A stretch of DNA of 63,389 nucleotides, filler included, from Conidiobolus incongruus B7586 (GCA_000697335.1; 10 parts of 10 records of this genome joined end to end with filler, not necessarily neighbours in it); one strand, 5' to 3'; shown: positions 25,396 through 40,308, counted from the first letter of the whole stretch. A program made the numbers and translations. The notes: a model not told the origin generated them from the letters alone.

Positions 25396-28345
25396 CTAAA
25401 TTTTGGGATTTATTTAACTTAAATGATATTGATAATAAGTTAAACCTATTTGGATCTATAACTAGAGGATAAAATAAAAAACTTTATCAAATTGATTATT
25501 AATTTTCTATGATTTTAATTGAAATTTTAATTTCAAAATAATAAAATATTTTAAGATTTTTGAGCTATCATTCTTGGTATTAATTTATCAATTTTTATTA
25601 TAATAAAAATTTCAATTTGTTAACTTTGATAATATATAAATTTATATATGATTTCATAAAATGTATTTTTATTGGAATTTTTAATTAAAAATCTATTAAA
25701 CTATTATAATAATATAATTATTAACTTTGTGAAAATAACTTAATATATCAAATATCTAACTATCGTGAAATATGATGAGGTTGAGAAAAATATAATATTC
25801 CTTGATAATTTTATATTCTTTAAAAGTAGTAGGGAGTAAATACAGCATAATATAGAAAAAGATTTAAATTAATATTTATGTAATCGATTTAATATATCAC
25901 TAAGTTTATTTTAGATTCAAACATATTAGTTAATATATTATTATTAAATGATATGGTAGATAGTAATAATATATGTTGTAATACTGATAGGGATAGTCTA
26001 AAATCTTAGAAAATAATAGTGATTAATAATAATTATAAGAGAATAGTAAAATATTAAGAGGAAAGGAGAAAAAACACTTATATTAATTAAATTAATGGTC
26101 TTTATATAGTTAAATTGACTTTTAAAGTATCAATTACTTCAATAATTAAAAGTTAATTTAAAACATGGGATTATATAAGAGATTCAAGAAATAAATCTTT
26201 AGCATATTATAGTTGACCTAATATATACCTTATATTAACCACAAATTAATTTAACTAGGATTTAATGAATAATATATTAATTTTTTTTTGACAATTTTAG
26301 ACTTTAATAGTTTTTAAATTAGATAGTTATTATCCTTGAAAATAACAATAAAGTTTTAATATAAAATCTCAATATGTATATATAATGAAACAAAATTAGA
26401 AGAAAATAAGATATAAAATTTTGGTACGTTTTTTTATTTACATTATTTTAAATTTAAAATATAAATATTAGATAAGAATTGAATCATTATTCATAAATTG
26501 ATAAAATTAATACCTTGGAAATTAGATATGATTTTGTTCGTTTAGTATAGTGATTTCATTTATATTATATTATATAAATGAAAATATTTTAAACAAGTTT
26601 TTTAATTGTTGGATTTGGTTTAATATTCTCAAAAGCATGTCTCAGTTTTATTAGCGAAAAATATAGAATATATTACGAGAATTGAAAATAAGAAGATTCA
26701 AAGACAAAATTATATAAGTATACAATACTTATATAATTTATTGATTGTGATATCATTCCAAACGTTTATAATGGAATTAGCTCATTAGAACTTGTTTCTT
26801 GAACTCAATTAGCTATATACAATGAAATATAATGTTCAATACATGGAGTTTATAGCATTTTCAACAAATATTTATATTATATTGGTATTTATTCTCATAA
26901 AAATCAATAATGAAAAATTACTCTATTGTTACAACTGCTATAATTTGAATTGAATGAAAATAAATTACTTAAATAGAAATATATGTATGATATTTGGTAA
27001 TTATTACAATATTGGATAAATATTTTCTTATTGTAATATATTGAAAATTGAATGATTATAATACCATGGTTTGTAATAATATAAACTAATAAATATTTAC
27101 TCTCATAGTGAATGATAGATAAATAAAATTAACTTGTAAATATTTTGAAAATACTAATTGAAATAATTGTAAATAATTTAAATTTAATCCAATTATCACA
27201 ATTTTGTATTATTATTATTATTTTGTTATTTTTGGATTTAAATTGAAATTGAAAAACAAAAAATTAGACAATGTGAAATATATCTAAAATGCTTAAAATT
27301 CATTTTACTAAAATGATAGTATATAAAATATATTGATAAATAATAATAAATAATATTGATCTTTTAATATCTGTATTATTAATCAATACAAATCAGATTG
27401 ATTTCAAGCCACTCATGAATATTCCGAAAATACTGGTATTTTAAATTCCTTTATCTTCAATTCAGCGAAATAGAAAGATTTGATAATTCGCAGTCTGATT
27501 CAAATGATTTTCAACTACAATGTAACAGTTGATTTGATGCTTGTTCTTTAATGTGATAATTTAAGATCTGGCACTAAAAACAGATTGAACAATATATTCA
27601 AAACAATTACAGAATAGTTATCTAAATTGATAATATGGTAATGTTTGATTCACAATATCTTTATCAACACAGCCTTTTCCTAATGGTTAGAATAAACTAT
27701 TCAACCATTAAACGCAATCTCCAAACATAGATATTATTAAATTCTTGGCACATGGTTTCTGAAATTGAATTAAGAATGAATCAATCAAAGTTAAACAAAT
27801 ATTAAATAATTTAATTCAGTTCTAATATTAAATTTTTGCATTTTTAAACCTGAATAAAATAACAATAATAATTTCAATACTTTTAATTTGTTAATAATAA
27901 ATTTTTTTAGCTATTTACTAAGAATTATTTATTAAAAATTTATCAATTAACCAATAATATATATTTATAAATATTATTAAAATTTAATATTACCTTATAT
28001 ATAAAAATTTTTAATAGTTTTTCAATTAAAAAAATTTGAAATTTAATTATATATTTAAAAACTACGCATTCTTTTAAATATTCAAAATGAAAGTTGATTG
28101 AAAAGTAGTCATAATTAAAAATGCGGAAATAATCACTTTTAATTGGATTAATTCAAGTTTATGTAGGATAATGATTTCATGGATTTTTAGGGAAATCACT
28201 CAGTATGGTAAAGAGTGTAACTGCAATTAAATGAACTTTAATTGCCATTAATTTCGTATAAAAGGGCTTATTATCTCTCAGTTTCTGAAATTCATCAATT
28301 CAGTAATTTTTACTTTGTATTATATTGTATTATTAACTTTTAAAA

Positions 28346-28715
28346 ATGGGTTACCCTGAAAACAACTATAACCGTATGTTATAATTAATAATATATATTA
28401 AATTATTAATTAGTAATTAATTAATTAGAACAACCTCAATACCCTCCTCAAGGTTACGCCCCTCAACAACAAGGATATCCTCCTCAGGGTTACCCTCAAC
28501 AAGGATATCCTCAGCAAGGCTATCCCCAACAAAGTTACCCACCTCAACAAATGGCTCCTGCTCCTGCCCCCGCTCCTGCTCAAAAGGATGATGGTCCTGG
28601 ATTCTGTGCAGGAATGTAAGTTCTTAATCAATTATCTTATTATAACTTTTAAAATAACATAAATTTTAGTTTTGCTGCTTGTTGTGTATGCTGTTGTCTC
28701 GATATGTGCTGTTAA
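28346..28715 (+). CDS. CYSTM-family (cysteine-rich transmembrane module) Pro/Gln/Tyr-rich protein, copy A
   Basis: Exons 28346-28373, 28429-28615 and 28670-28715 (GTATGT/GTAAGT donors) give [19 protein letters not shown]..(QQGYP)n..[27 protein letters not shown] at about 28257. Confidence 0.92.
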
Positions 28716-29658
28716 TAATGACATAACTATTATCATTGGATATATTTAATCCTATATATACCGTTTGTATAATTGATGTATAACTATATAATCAATTTCT
28801 CATATATTTTTGTTAACTAATAAATGACCCTTAAACCTTATTGTTGATAACGATCGAACAACAAAGGATCAAATATCAGGTTGAATGATTTCCTCAATGA
28901 TACATTTTATTATCTCCAATATTTTTAACAAAGTGGCAAGTATTAAGATGTATTATTATGATTAAATTATTCAACTCAAAATACTTGAATAATTTGAAAT
29001 TGATAACACAAGCCAACTTGCTAATTAATAGATTGTTTCATATTATCATAAAATTATATCGTGTATTCTACTATATTATTTGATTGGGCAATTTCTATTG
29101 TTTATTAGTAATCACAAATCACTTTATCAAGTCTTGGCCATATTTATTCTAATGATTAATTTTCTTTGATTATTCTTAGAAACTTAAGAGCTGTGCAAAA
29201 TATATTAATGTTTATTAAAATTTAGTAAACAAAAAGTAAATAGAAACTTTCTCATAATTTGTGGCTATTCTATGAGAAATGATGGGATAGTCGATTATTC
29301 GTTCAAAAAAGAATTAGAATTAAGTGATATTTTTGACGGATATCATGCAACCTAATAACCGTTATCATTTGAGTATTTAATCGAAAAAAGTTAATATAAA
29401 ATTAAGTTAAAATTTAATATATTTTAAGTAAAAATTATTAAATGAATATTTTCTAAAAAGAAATCAAATTAACTCGCTGAAAACTAATTTTCAAATTGAA
29501 TGGATTTAATTCATGATAAAACAATATAAATAGTTACCATAATCTTTTACTTTGAATATTTTTTTTATAAAATAATAATTTATTGTTATTGTATGTATTT
29601 TAGTTTTTAATATTTAAATATTTTTTAATTAAATAAATAATTTGTTAGTTTTCAAATA

Positions 29659-30097
<439 letters not shown>

Positions 30098-32527
30098 TCC
30101 TTTTTCTAACCAGCACATTTTACACCGTTCAAATTTACGATTATAATTCAATTATTTTACTCTTCAAATATAAATTTTATTTAAAATAATAATTCAATGA
30201 ATTTAATTTGATATTATATTTATTTAATTTTATTAGTTTGACTCATATGACTAAAAATTTTGGTGTTTATTTATTTTAATTTTTCCTAAATATTTGTTCA
30301 TATAACCTATTTTATATTTATACAAATTTTTAATATATATATTAATCGTATTTTATTTGGAATTTTTTTTATTGGTTTAAAGTATATAGAATATTAAATA
30401 AATTTTTTTAAATAGAATGATGTGTTTAAACTTATTATATTGATTTTACATTTGTGTCATTGGTTTAATCAATTTTCAAAGTACTTAATTGAATACTAAA
30501 ATAAATATATGGAATTCAAATTTTAATAATTTTATCAGTTCCCCTTTCAATGCTCTATATTTTATGACCTTAATAATATTCAATTAATCAAACATTTAAT
30601 CATTGTAACTAAATTAACCTTCATAATCTAAATCTTAAATATAACTAAATTTTAGATTCAATTTTAATATTTTGAAGGATATAACTTAGTAGCATAATAT
30701 CATTTCATTAATATTTATGAATATTATCATATAAATAATATGGAATTTTAAATTATTAATATTTATTCATTTATAATTTATAGTAATATTTTTATAATAA
30801 TTAATTAAATTAATAAAAATTTAACAATCAAAGTGAATTAAAGTATATAGTCATTAATTAGAAGAATAGACTATATTGTATATTGTGGGGAAGGATCAAT
30901 TGATACACCTACTCAATATCTATTTTTATAAGAAATAGAGTTAATAATAATTAATAAATACTTTGATTCATCAAAGTTAGTTATATAATCATACATGATC
31001 CATTATAATGATATTGTTAGTAAACTATATTATGATACCAAGGTTTAGTTTTTAATCTGATTATAGATGGTATTTTAAATGAATATTGTAATTTAAATAG
31101 ATATTGAAACATATAAATAATTATGAGACAATTGCTTTCTTTTATAATGAGGTGCACATACACTAATATTGACAACTCTAATTTAATATAATATTTTTTA
31201 TAAATAATTTTTTGGCACTATTTAAGACAACAATTTTATATAAGTTTGAAAAAAATATAATAATATAATATTATATAGCTTTAGTTAATACAATCATATA
31301 ATCTTATTTAATTATAACAAGTCATTAAAATTTCTTTATAAAAAAATACTGGTGATTAGTGACGACTGTAATTGTGGGAGGGAACAGACTTTTGGAGCTT
31401 GAACGAGGAATTGTTAGTGGTAAACAACAAGTTACCACAGAGTAACAGGAGATTGATGGGGTTCACCAAATGAGGTGCAAATGGCCTACTGTAAATTGGG
31501 TTCTTTGTGTAAAGTAAATATCTCACGCTCATCACAACTCAACACTTTTGTGAGGGTTACGAGAAAAACTTAGAGAATGGATTACTTTTGAAATGAAGAT
31601 AAAAGAGATGTGTTTATTAATTCATTTGTGATAATGCTATATTAACTTTCATTGTTGATTTTTATAGATAGGAATGGCTCAGTGACAGAAAGGAACATAT
31701 CTACCCAGTTCAGGAAATGAGTGTTCCCAATGTGACTTCTCAATTCAGTATAGTAATCATAGTTTCTTGAGTGGTTGACAAGACTATTTCCCATCATTAG
31801 TATTATTTTTAATTATTCACCAAATATTACACCAAAACAAATATTTTGATTTATCAAAACCTAGATAGTCATATTGATTTAACCATTTGAAAATTGTAAT
31901 TATGATAAACTCAATCAAAATAATACCATATCCTTTAGTAACTTGAATTATATTTATATTATATTTTGAAGTAATATTAATAACCCTAAAGTTCATGGTA
32001 TTCAATATAGTTTGATAAATCTATATATCAAAATTTTGAATTAAGAGTAAAATTATAAATTAATTTAAAATAAAATAATTAAATTTTATATTATAATTTA
32101 AATATTATAAAAATATCATATATTTAATAATTTGGATATATTTAATAAAAAATATATAAATATAATAGTCTCTATGATTTTTATCAATATATTAATAAAT
32201 TTTTTGATTTTATAAAAAANNNNNNNNNNNNNNNNNNNNNNNNNNNNNNNNNNNNNNNNNNNNTTAATTAATTAANNNNNNNNNNNNNNNNNNNNNNNNN
32301 NNNNNNNNNNNNNNNNNNNAATTATTAATAATAAAATAATTAACCTTATATATATATGCTTAAAAAATATATATTTTATTTTCTATTAATTTTTAAATTT
32401 ATAAATTTTAATTAAAAATATAAGATTTTAATAATATTTAATTAAAAATAACAAAATAAAATAAAAAAACTTATTTTACTTAATAGTAATAATATTTTAT
32501 TTTTTTCTATTAATTATTATATTATAA

Positions 32528-32985
32528 ATATTGATAATTAATTATTGTTTAATATCAAAAATTAAATAAAAATTTAGTTATTATATTTATTAAATATATT
32601 GAAAAAAAGAATATTTAAGTTATATATTAGATTACCTATAAAGCACAAATATCTATAATATCTCTAACCAAAGATTATAAAGATTTGTTATTATTTTGGT
32701 TATTAACTTAATTATTAATTGGTAAATAATAACTTAAAGATCAAAGTAATTAAAGGATTTATATTGGAAAAAAGGTTTTTATTATAGCATTCTGAATTAA
32801 AGTTATATATCCAAGGTAATTCATAGATTATAATATATCTTTTAAAGAGTTAAAGTTTATCAATACTAAGATAAGAATTATAGATGGCTAAGGAGACTTT
32901 GAGATATATAAGTGAATCTAAAGTGATGATAATATCAAATAACATCATAGAAATATCTTTATTATTAAAATACTTACCTGTAAAA
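32528..32985. mobile_element. Solo LTR of the same family as the 8274-14959 element
   Basis: Colinear similarity to the LTRs, e.g. CACAAATATCTATAATATCTCTAAC, AATAACTTAAAGAT, GTTAAAGTTTATCAATA and AAAATACTT. The left edge is very degenerate. Confidence 0.8.
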
Positions 32986-33185
32986 TAAATTAAATTATTA
33001 TTATAAAATTAATTATAATATTTTTATTATTATTTAAAGTAAACTATATCAAAGAAAATAAAGTTTTTAGTGAAGATTATTTATGTTTGGTTTATTGAAG
33101 AAATAGATAAATAAATTTATACTATATTTCAAGAATTAATTTATTTCAGGATATGAACAAAATTGTTAAAAAAAGTAAAGGATGT

Positions 33186-33269
33186 TGCTGACAGTGAGGT
33201 TCGAACTCACGCCCCGTTACCGGGAGGGGATCTTAAGTCACCCGCCTTGGACCACTCGGCCATATCAGC
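33186..33269 (-). tRNA. trnL-TAA: tRNA-Leu (anticodon TAA), intronless
   Basis: GCTGATATGGCCGAGTGGTCCAAGGCGGGTGACTTAAGATCCCC..GTGAGTTCGAACCTCACTGTCAGCA has a paired acceptor stem, A and B boxes, a long variable arm and a T7 terminator at 33168-33174. There is one T-C mismatch in the anticodon stem. Confidence 0.95.
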
Positions 33270-33278
33270 ATATCTAAT

Positions 33279-33830
33279 CGTAGCGGTTATTAACTCTTAC
33301 AGCATCATCATTGATACTGACAGTGCCATTCTGTAGGACACATTGTGAATCATGGTACTTAGCAGCTGGGGTAAACTACCGACGACCAGCTCTCTTGCTA
33401 TCTTGCTAGGATCATTCGTAAACGCGGCCTTGCAACGAACGACTACACCAGCAGAAACAGTAGAGGCGTTACTATTCCACATGCTAAGAAGATGGTATCA
33501 CAAAATATTAATAGAAACAACTGTAAAGTGAATAATGGAAGATGGCTTAAGTGGAACTATTGGCACCTGCTTAAGTATACTAAAAGGTGTGGTTTTTGGA
33601 AGCAGGAAAAAAAATCTATTTTTGTAAGAAAGAGAGAAGAGCAAAAGAGGAGGAGAGGAGTCCTTCTTGTAACTAAGTGAAATATATATGCATAATTATG
33701 CAACGGCTGAGTAACAATGAGATCACTTGGACATGGGCTGGTAAAATACTGATAAGGCCTTATTTGGTTAATCAGGAACTTGGCAGTGACTTGAGTGAGA
33801 AAAGGTATCAATAAGGTAGCAATTGCCGCA
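33279..33830. mobile_element. Candidate solo LTR (second family) immediately upstream of tRNA-Leu
   Basis: A 552-bp GC-richer block with ends CGTAGCGGTT and AATTGCCGCA, an inverted repeat differing only by transitions. It is flanked by CTAAT and CTAAC, a probable 5-bp target-site duplication with one mismatch. Confidence 0.65.
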
Positions 33831-35792
33831 CTAACCTCTCTAACCTAGGAATTTCATTTGTTGCAATAATTATACCAAATTTTGAATACTCAAAAATTAT
33901 TTTAAAATATTTATATGATAATATATGGATTTTATTTATAACTACAGCTTTTATAGTGTTCCCATTGATGATAATTTTCATTGCTTTTTTATATTTAATC
34001 TATATATTTGTATTTATTGATTTTTTATAATTTGTAAAATAATTATTATTCAAATTTGCTTTATTTCCAACCTCTTTTGATTATTTGGTATCTTATATAT
34101 ATTATTTCTAAAATATTTACAAAATCTAAAGTCTTAGAACCTTAATAAACAATAATATTAATGCACTTCCATTGTTAAAACACTAACGATCATATATACA
34201 TTTAAATGGTATGAATAAAGGTTAATATTTCATATTATTTCAAATTTGATCTAAACTGCACCAATGTATATGATCAATTATCCTTTAAAATTTATATAAA
34301 AAATATCCATTTGAATTAAATTGTTATAGAAATAAATACTAAATTAAAACTTTAATAAGACAATACTTCCTGTATAACACGTGATTTTATAAAATTCAAA
34401 TTTATAGAGTTTGTCAAATTTCCTAGTGTTCAAATAATACCATTTATTTCAAAGTATATTTAGTAATCATAATATATTTTATAATATTTAAAGAATTTAT
34501 AAAAAATTAGCACTTTAATCCAATTTCAAGGGATAATAATTTATATATTAATGAATATTATTCAAAAACTATTTATTTTTTAAAATAAAATATATTAAAA
34601 CAGATTAAATTAAATTAAATAATTTTCAATTTAACTTAATATTAATAAAATATTTATAATATTAATTTGAAAAAATTATAAAAAAATATTTAGTATTAAA
34701 TTTTAAATATAATATAAAATTTTTATTTAATATTAGTATGTATAATCAATAATCTAGCATTCAATAAAATACAAATAAACCATAAAAATTACAAAAATAT
34801 TTTCAAAAACTGGGTGTAAAAGTACACTTCAATTCTAGTAGAAAAATTTCTATGATATCTGCTTAGAGAATTAATTTTGAAAATATTTAATAACCTTTAA
34901 TTGATTTAAAACATTAATTTTTTTAAAAAGTCATAAAAGTTAATTAAATTAAAATATATTGATAATAAATATTCAATATAATGTATATTAAAATAAATAA
35001 TATTGAAGTTCATTTTTTAATTCTTGTTTTCAAATTTTTTTAAACAAGTAGATTAACATATAACCTGAGAGGGTTTATTAAAATCAATATATATTATAAA
35101 ATAACAACCCAAATCATGTAAAAAATTCTATATATACAACCTTTAGATTGAAAAGTCTTTTAATCATTTGAATTTGAATTAATTACATTTAGCTGAAATA
35201 TATTTAATTATAGAAAAAACATAAAAAAATTCAGATCTGTAATAATTTTATAATAAGATTTAAAAAAATAAGTTGATAAATATTTCATTATACTATTACA
35301 TTTATGAAAATATAAAATTTATAATTATTATATTTACAATTATACGATATTTTATTCAATTGGCCCCAGATATAAATATACTGTTATTCAATACATATTC
35401 TCATTATGTATTTTAAAATTGATTAATTCAGACTTATGTAATATGATTAAAATAATAAAGTTTGTCATCAATCCATGAAACAGTCTATATCATTATTGAT
35501 ACTATATGTATTTCTATTTATTAAAAGGTGAATAAAATTTTCAAATTTAAATATAATTATTTTAATCATGATCTCAGATAAATAGTGAGAGAAGTTTGTA
35601 AAAGAAATAGTTTAGAACTATCTATAATATAATTCTCTAACCAAAATTTTAGCATTGGCCACAAAGAAAAATTCATAAATTTCATAGAATTAATTTATTG
35701 TTTAAGTTTATTGATTAGATATAAAATATATCAAACTATTAAATATAAATAGTTGTATCATAGTTAAGGTTTATAATTTAATACTTTGATTA

Positions 35793-36680
35793 TTATAATT
35801 TGACAGGACTTTTAAATTTATCCAAACACTTATGAATACATGAAGTAAGTTCAGTTTGCTCAGCTTTCGATTGGAAAACATGACCAGCTTCTTTGATGGA
35901 GTATAGAATATGGTCAGGTTGGACAAGTTGATCGAATAAGACAGCGTCAGCATAGGGTACAATTTTATCCTTAGTTCCATGGATAGTATGTACCAATCTA
36001 TTGGGATTATTCAAAATGTTTTTGTAACATTCGTGATCAAATTGCCTCCTCCATTCAAAATCAGATGCGAGTACGAACACATCACGCAATACTTCAGGTG
36101 TCACTGGAGAAGCAGCTTGCTTCCATTTAAATTTACCTTCGGTCTCGAGTTGTGCAAGCTGTTCCTTTTTGAATCTGTGCAAACTGCACTCTTGAAGCTT
36201 ACAGCGTCCTGATATGTTGATAATATTTTCAATTTCAGGATACTGACTCGCGTACAACATAACAACAGTACCACCTTTAGAGTGACCAGAGATCGCATCA
36301 ACATTAAAGCGTAATGTTTGGACGCCTTGAGAAGTGGACAAATCTATGACTCTATTTTGGAAAGCATCAATCCAAGATTTAAGATCTTCAACTTGATCAG
36401 GGTAATCAGAATAAGTTGTAATACCTTCCGATTCGCCATTACCAGCAAAATCGAATTTTAAAATATCGAAAAAAGAATGACTATAGTCCAAAACAGCATT
36501 TTGAATGTAATCTACCACTGGTGATTCTTTAGTATCTAATAATCCGTGACAAATGATCAGTAATCTTCTAGAAGTAGAGTTATTTTTAGGATTAATTATT
36601 AAATTTCCTATTAAATTTAAATTAGATTTATTTTTTATTTCAACTTTATATTCTTGATCTTTTAATTGATTTATTATCAT
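35793..36680 (-). CDS. Alpha/beta-fold hydrolase (serine esterase/lipase-like)
   Basis: 295 aa with ICHG, FDFAGNGESEG, the nucleophile elbow GHSKG, HGTKDKIVP (Asp) and AGHVF (His). Confidence 0.93.
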   Translation of the reverse strand: MIINQLKDQEYKVEIKNKSNLNLIGNLIINPKNNSTSRRLLIICHGLLDTKESPVVDYIQNAVLDYSHSFFDILKFDFAGNGESEGITTYSDYPDQVEDLKSWIDAFQNRVIDLSTSQGVQTLRFNVDAISGHSKGGTVVMLYASQYPEIENIINISGRCKLQECSLHRFKKEQLAQLETEGKFKWKQAASPVTPEVLRDVFVLASDFEWRRQFDHECYKNILNNPNRLVHTIHGTKDKIVPYADAVLFDQLVQPDHILYSIKEAGHVFQSKAEQTELTSCIHKCLDKFKSPVKL

Positions 36681-38949
36681 ATTGATTTTAATTATATTAT
36701 TAGTAATAAAGCATAATGTAAAAATATTAAATTGGCTCTAATTTAAAATGAGTGAATGGGTTAATTTAATAAATCAGCCATATGAGATTTTAACATAAAT
36801 TTGTTTGAAATATAATTAAAAATGATATTTGAAAAATTAACCCCAATTACTAGGATTGATCTCTGTTCAATTATTTACAAATTGAAAACAATCAATTCAT
36901 CAATTATGGTATCTATATTTTATTTTGTAAAAATATAAATTTGGAATAAATAGTTAAGAATTTAATATATGCTAAATATCACTTAATATATAGATATTCT
37001 TTTGATTATTAGATTCAATAAAGTTACATTTTACAAATGATATGTTTCACTACTAACTGTCTCAAAAAGCAATGAACTCTAGTATCTAATTTAGATTTAT
37101 GTCAGGTTACTTTTTACTTAATCTATCACACAGTGTGAAGATTAATCTTTTTTTGAAAATAAAATAAAATATTAAGTTATACTATTATCAAATTATAAAA
37201 TAATATACACGATTAAAAAACCTAGTATAAAAATTAATTTATAGGATTTTAACAAAGAAGCTATTTGCTAATAACGAAAGTGGAATACATAACTCGCTAA
37301 AGATTTTAAAATGAAATATATCTTAATAATACTATTTTTTAATATTATTGGATGTGGTCTACTAGAATTTGTAGACAAATAAAAAAATCTTATTAAATAT
37401 GCCTTCTAAATCTGGTTAATATGATTTATGAACAGTTAATTGTTAAATATCTATATAAATCATTTCTCAGGTTTGTAGAAGATTTCGTTGCATCATTATA
37501 ACATATTACATTTAGTTCAAACTTAATAAATAAAATTCAAAGTTTTTCATTTTTATCTTAAAATTATAATAATTTGAAAAATAAATGCTATAATGATATA
37601 GGTATATAATAATTGGTAATGTTGTTTGAAGTAAGTAATTAATATTCATTTACCTGTCATCTTGTATTATGAATATGTTGTTACTATTAAATTTTAAATA
37701 TATTTATCAAATTCACTAGGTCCAAATATATTATATCTGTGAAAAAATATTAAATCATAAAAGCCATCATAATGAAATTATTGTTCAAATTATTAATATT
37801 GATGAAATTGTGATTCCTAAAATTTACATTGGTTCTGGGCACTCTGTAATATCTATGCAAGGCCTAATAAACTACCATTGGCAACAAGGATACATGAATA
37901 ATAGTCTATCAAAATTATTGATGCCAAATAATATGCAACTAACTATATTATTTTATTTTCAGTCAAATATAAATACCTTGAGTATATTTTTTGCCTCCGA
38001 AATATAAAAACAAATTGGAAATTTATGAGGTAATTTTAGATATTACAGTAAAGTTAAATAATTCTTATTTAACTCAAAGTGAATTTAAACTTCACTTAAT
38101 TTGTAATCTAGGAGAAAGGAATACCAAACCTAAAAAATTAATACTGAAATACATTTATAATAGTAATTTCTAGTTGTATATTATATAATTATTTTAGTTT
38201 TATTATAATAAATTATATATTATAAATTCATTTTTTATTACAATATTAGTCAAAATCAGTTAATAAAATACACTTATAAAAATCAATTATAATATATAAT
38301 TATATTTTAATTTAGATTTATCAATANNNNNNNNNNNNNNNNNNNNNNNNNNNNNNNNNNNNNNNNNNNNTTAATTAATTAANNNNNNNNNNNNNNNNNN
38401 NNNNNNNNNNNNNNNNNNNNNNNNNNTATATTAATTATTTATTACTAGGTAAATTACTTTAAAGCTAATAATAAAATAATTTAAAACCTATTAAAATTTG
38501 AAAACTAATTTTAACTATCATTGTTTTATTAATTAATAAAATTAAGAAATATATTAAAGAACATCTTTTTATTTTAACCAATAAACTATTAAGAAGTTTA
38601 AATATTATTTAAACTACATATTATATACTATTTATTATTTCAATTCAAATTGATTGATAAAAATATAAAACAAATATTATATAATTTAATTAAAATTCAA
38701 AAATAATTATAATAATTAATGTTAAATAATCTTTAAATATAATTAAAAGCCAAATTTTTTATATTAAAATAATATAATAAATAAATTATACATTTTTTAT
38801 ATAATTTTTTATCAAAATAAAAATTAAAATAATAATTAAGTTAAATTAACCCCTTTTATAAATCCCTATAAATAATTATTTTATTAATAAATAAATGTTA
38901 ATTATTATTATATATTATAATAACATATGTAATTTTTATTTAGTTTTTA

Positions 38950-39410
38950 AAAAAAATTAATCAAAAATAAGCTTTAAATTTTTTTTAAAATTATTATTAA
39001 TCAGTATTTTTAGTATATTTTAAGAAAAACTATTATTTTGTATGATAATTATAAAATAAATAAAATTAAAGTTATAAAAACCTTACTAATTAAAATAACT
39101 AGAAAAAATTACTACATCAATTATATTCTTTAAATTATAACTGATTTGATTATAATTATTTTAAGCAATTACAAAACTAGCTTATAAGAAAAAATTTTGT
39201 ATTGGAAAATTTAATTAGTTTGTAAAATATTAAATATTAAGCTAAAATAAAATACACTATTTTTTAAGTATTACAAGTTTATTAAAAATATTACTAAAAG
39301 CTATTAGAAATAAAAAAATTATCAATTTTATATTTTATAATTATTTTTATAATTTATTTTTTAAAATGTTTATTTTTTAATCACAAAAAATTCCCATTAT
39401 TTAAATTGCA
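38950..39410 (+). repeat. Copy of dispersed AT-rich repeat
   Basis: AAAATAACTAGAAAAAATTACTACATC..TTCCCATTATTTAAATT. Boundaries are approximate. Confidence 0.75.
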
Positions 39411-40308
39411 AACTAATAAATTTGAAATTTTTTATAAATTGGAGGTTAAATTAGAATATTATTGAATCAAAATAAAAGAAAAAATATTTCAATTAGTCAA
39501 ATAAATTTATTTGTTCCAAAAAATTATGAGATATTTCATATATTAATACTTCTACACATTAGTTTATTATTTTTATTTCATAGTATAAACAAGTGATGAA
39601 AATTAATTCTAATATAATTTTAAAATACAAATGATTATAAATTTTGTTTGGGATTTGGATAATGAAAAACCGAATTCATAATTTCTTTAAAACATTACAC
39701 TTACATTAAATGTGATGAACCCAGTATAATTTTTATTAAAGTTTACTATAAACTTTGAAAAAGATATTATAAACAAAATTAGAATTATTTGAAAAATTAT
39801 GTTAAGATATTTAACGAAATATATTGATAGATATTATTTTAAACGTATCCATAATTCCAAATATATATGATTAGAAAAATAGTGAAAAACGCAAATAAAC
39901 TAATAAAATAAAAGAAGTAATGGTATAACTTGTTCTATTATTAAAATTATAAAAATTATAAAAATTATTTATAAATCAAAACTATTAAATGATAGTTTTG
40001 CATTATTCAAATTGAATTTTTTTAATTTCTTTTCCTTTATTGAGGAAATTTTAATAGAATAGTATGCGGAAATCAATATCATATTAGTTCTAATACTATA
40101 TAAATGAAAATAAACAACGCATTATAGGGTATTTGCAAGATTGATCAATATATTATATTACCAAAACAGATATTAAGTTACTTAATTAAGTAGAAACAAG
40201 CTATGTAGTTTAATAACTCTTTCAAAATAAATATCATCGAATAATACAAACCTCAGCAGAAAATAACACATATTTCGCAATATTAATTTAATGATTGTGC
40301 ATTTCAAT

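Noticed and set aside
31981..31989. TAACCCTAA as a telomerase template
   Set aside because: A 9-mer expected by chance, in AT-rich context with no pseudoknot.
33297..33811. Three short ORFs upstream of the tRNA
   Set aside because: They lie inside the candidate solo LTR and have no protein-like features.
35793..35804. C-terminal VKL as a peroxisomal signal
   Set aside because: Does not match the canonical (S/A/C)-K-L PTS1.
37380..38180. Coding-like fragments and ORFs 37810-38007 and 37991-38173
   Set aside because: No consistent gene model or recognisable motif.
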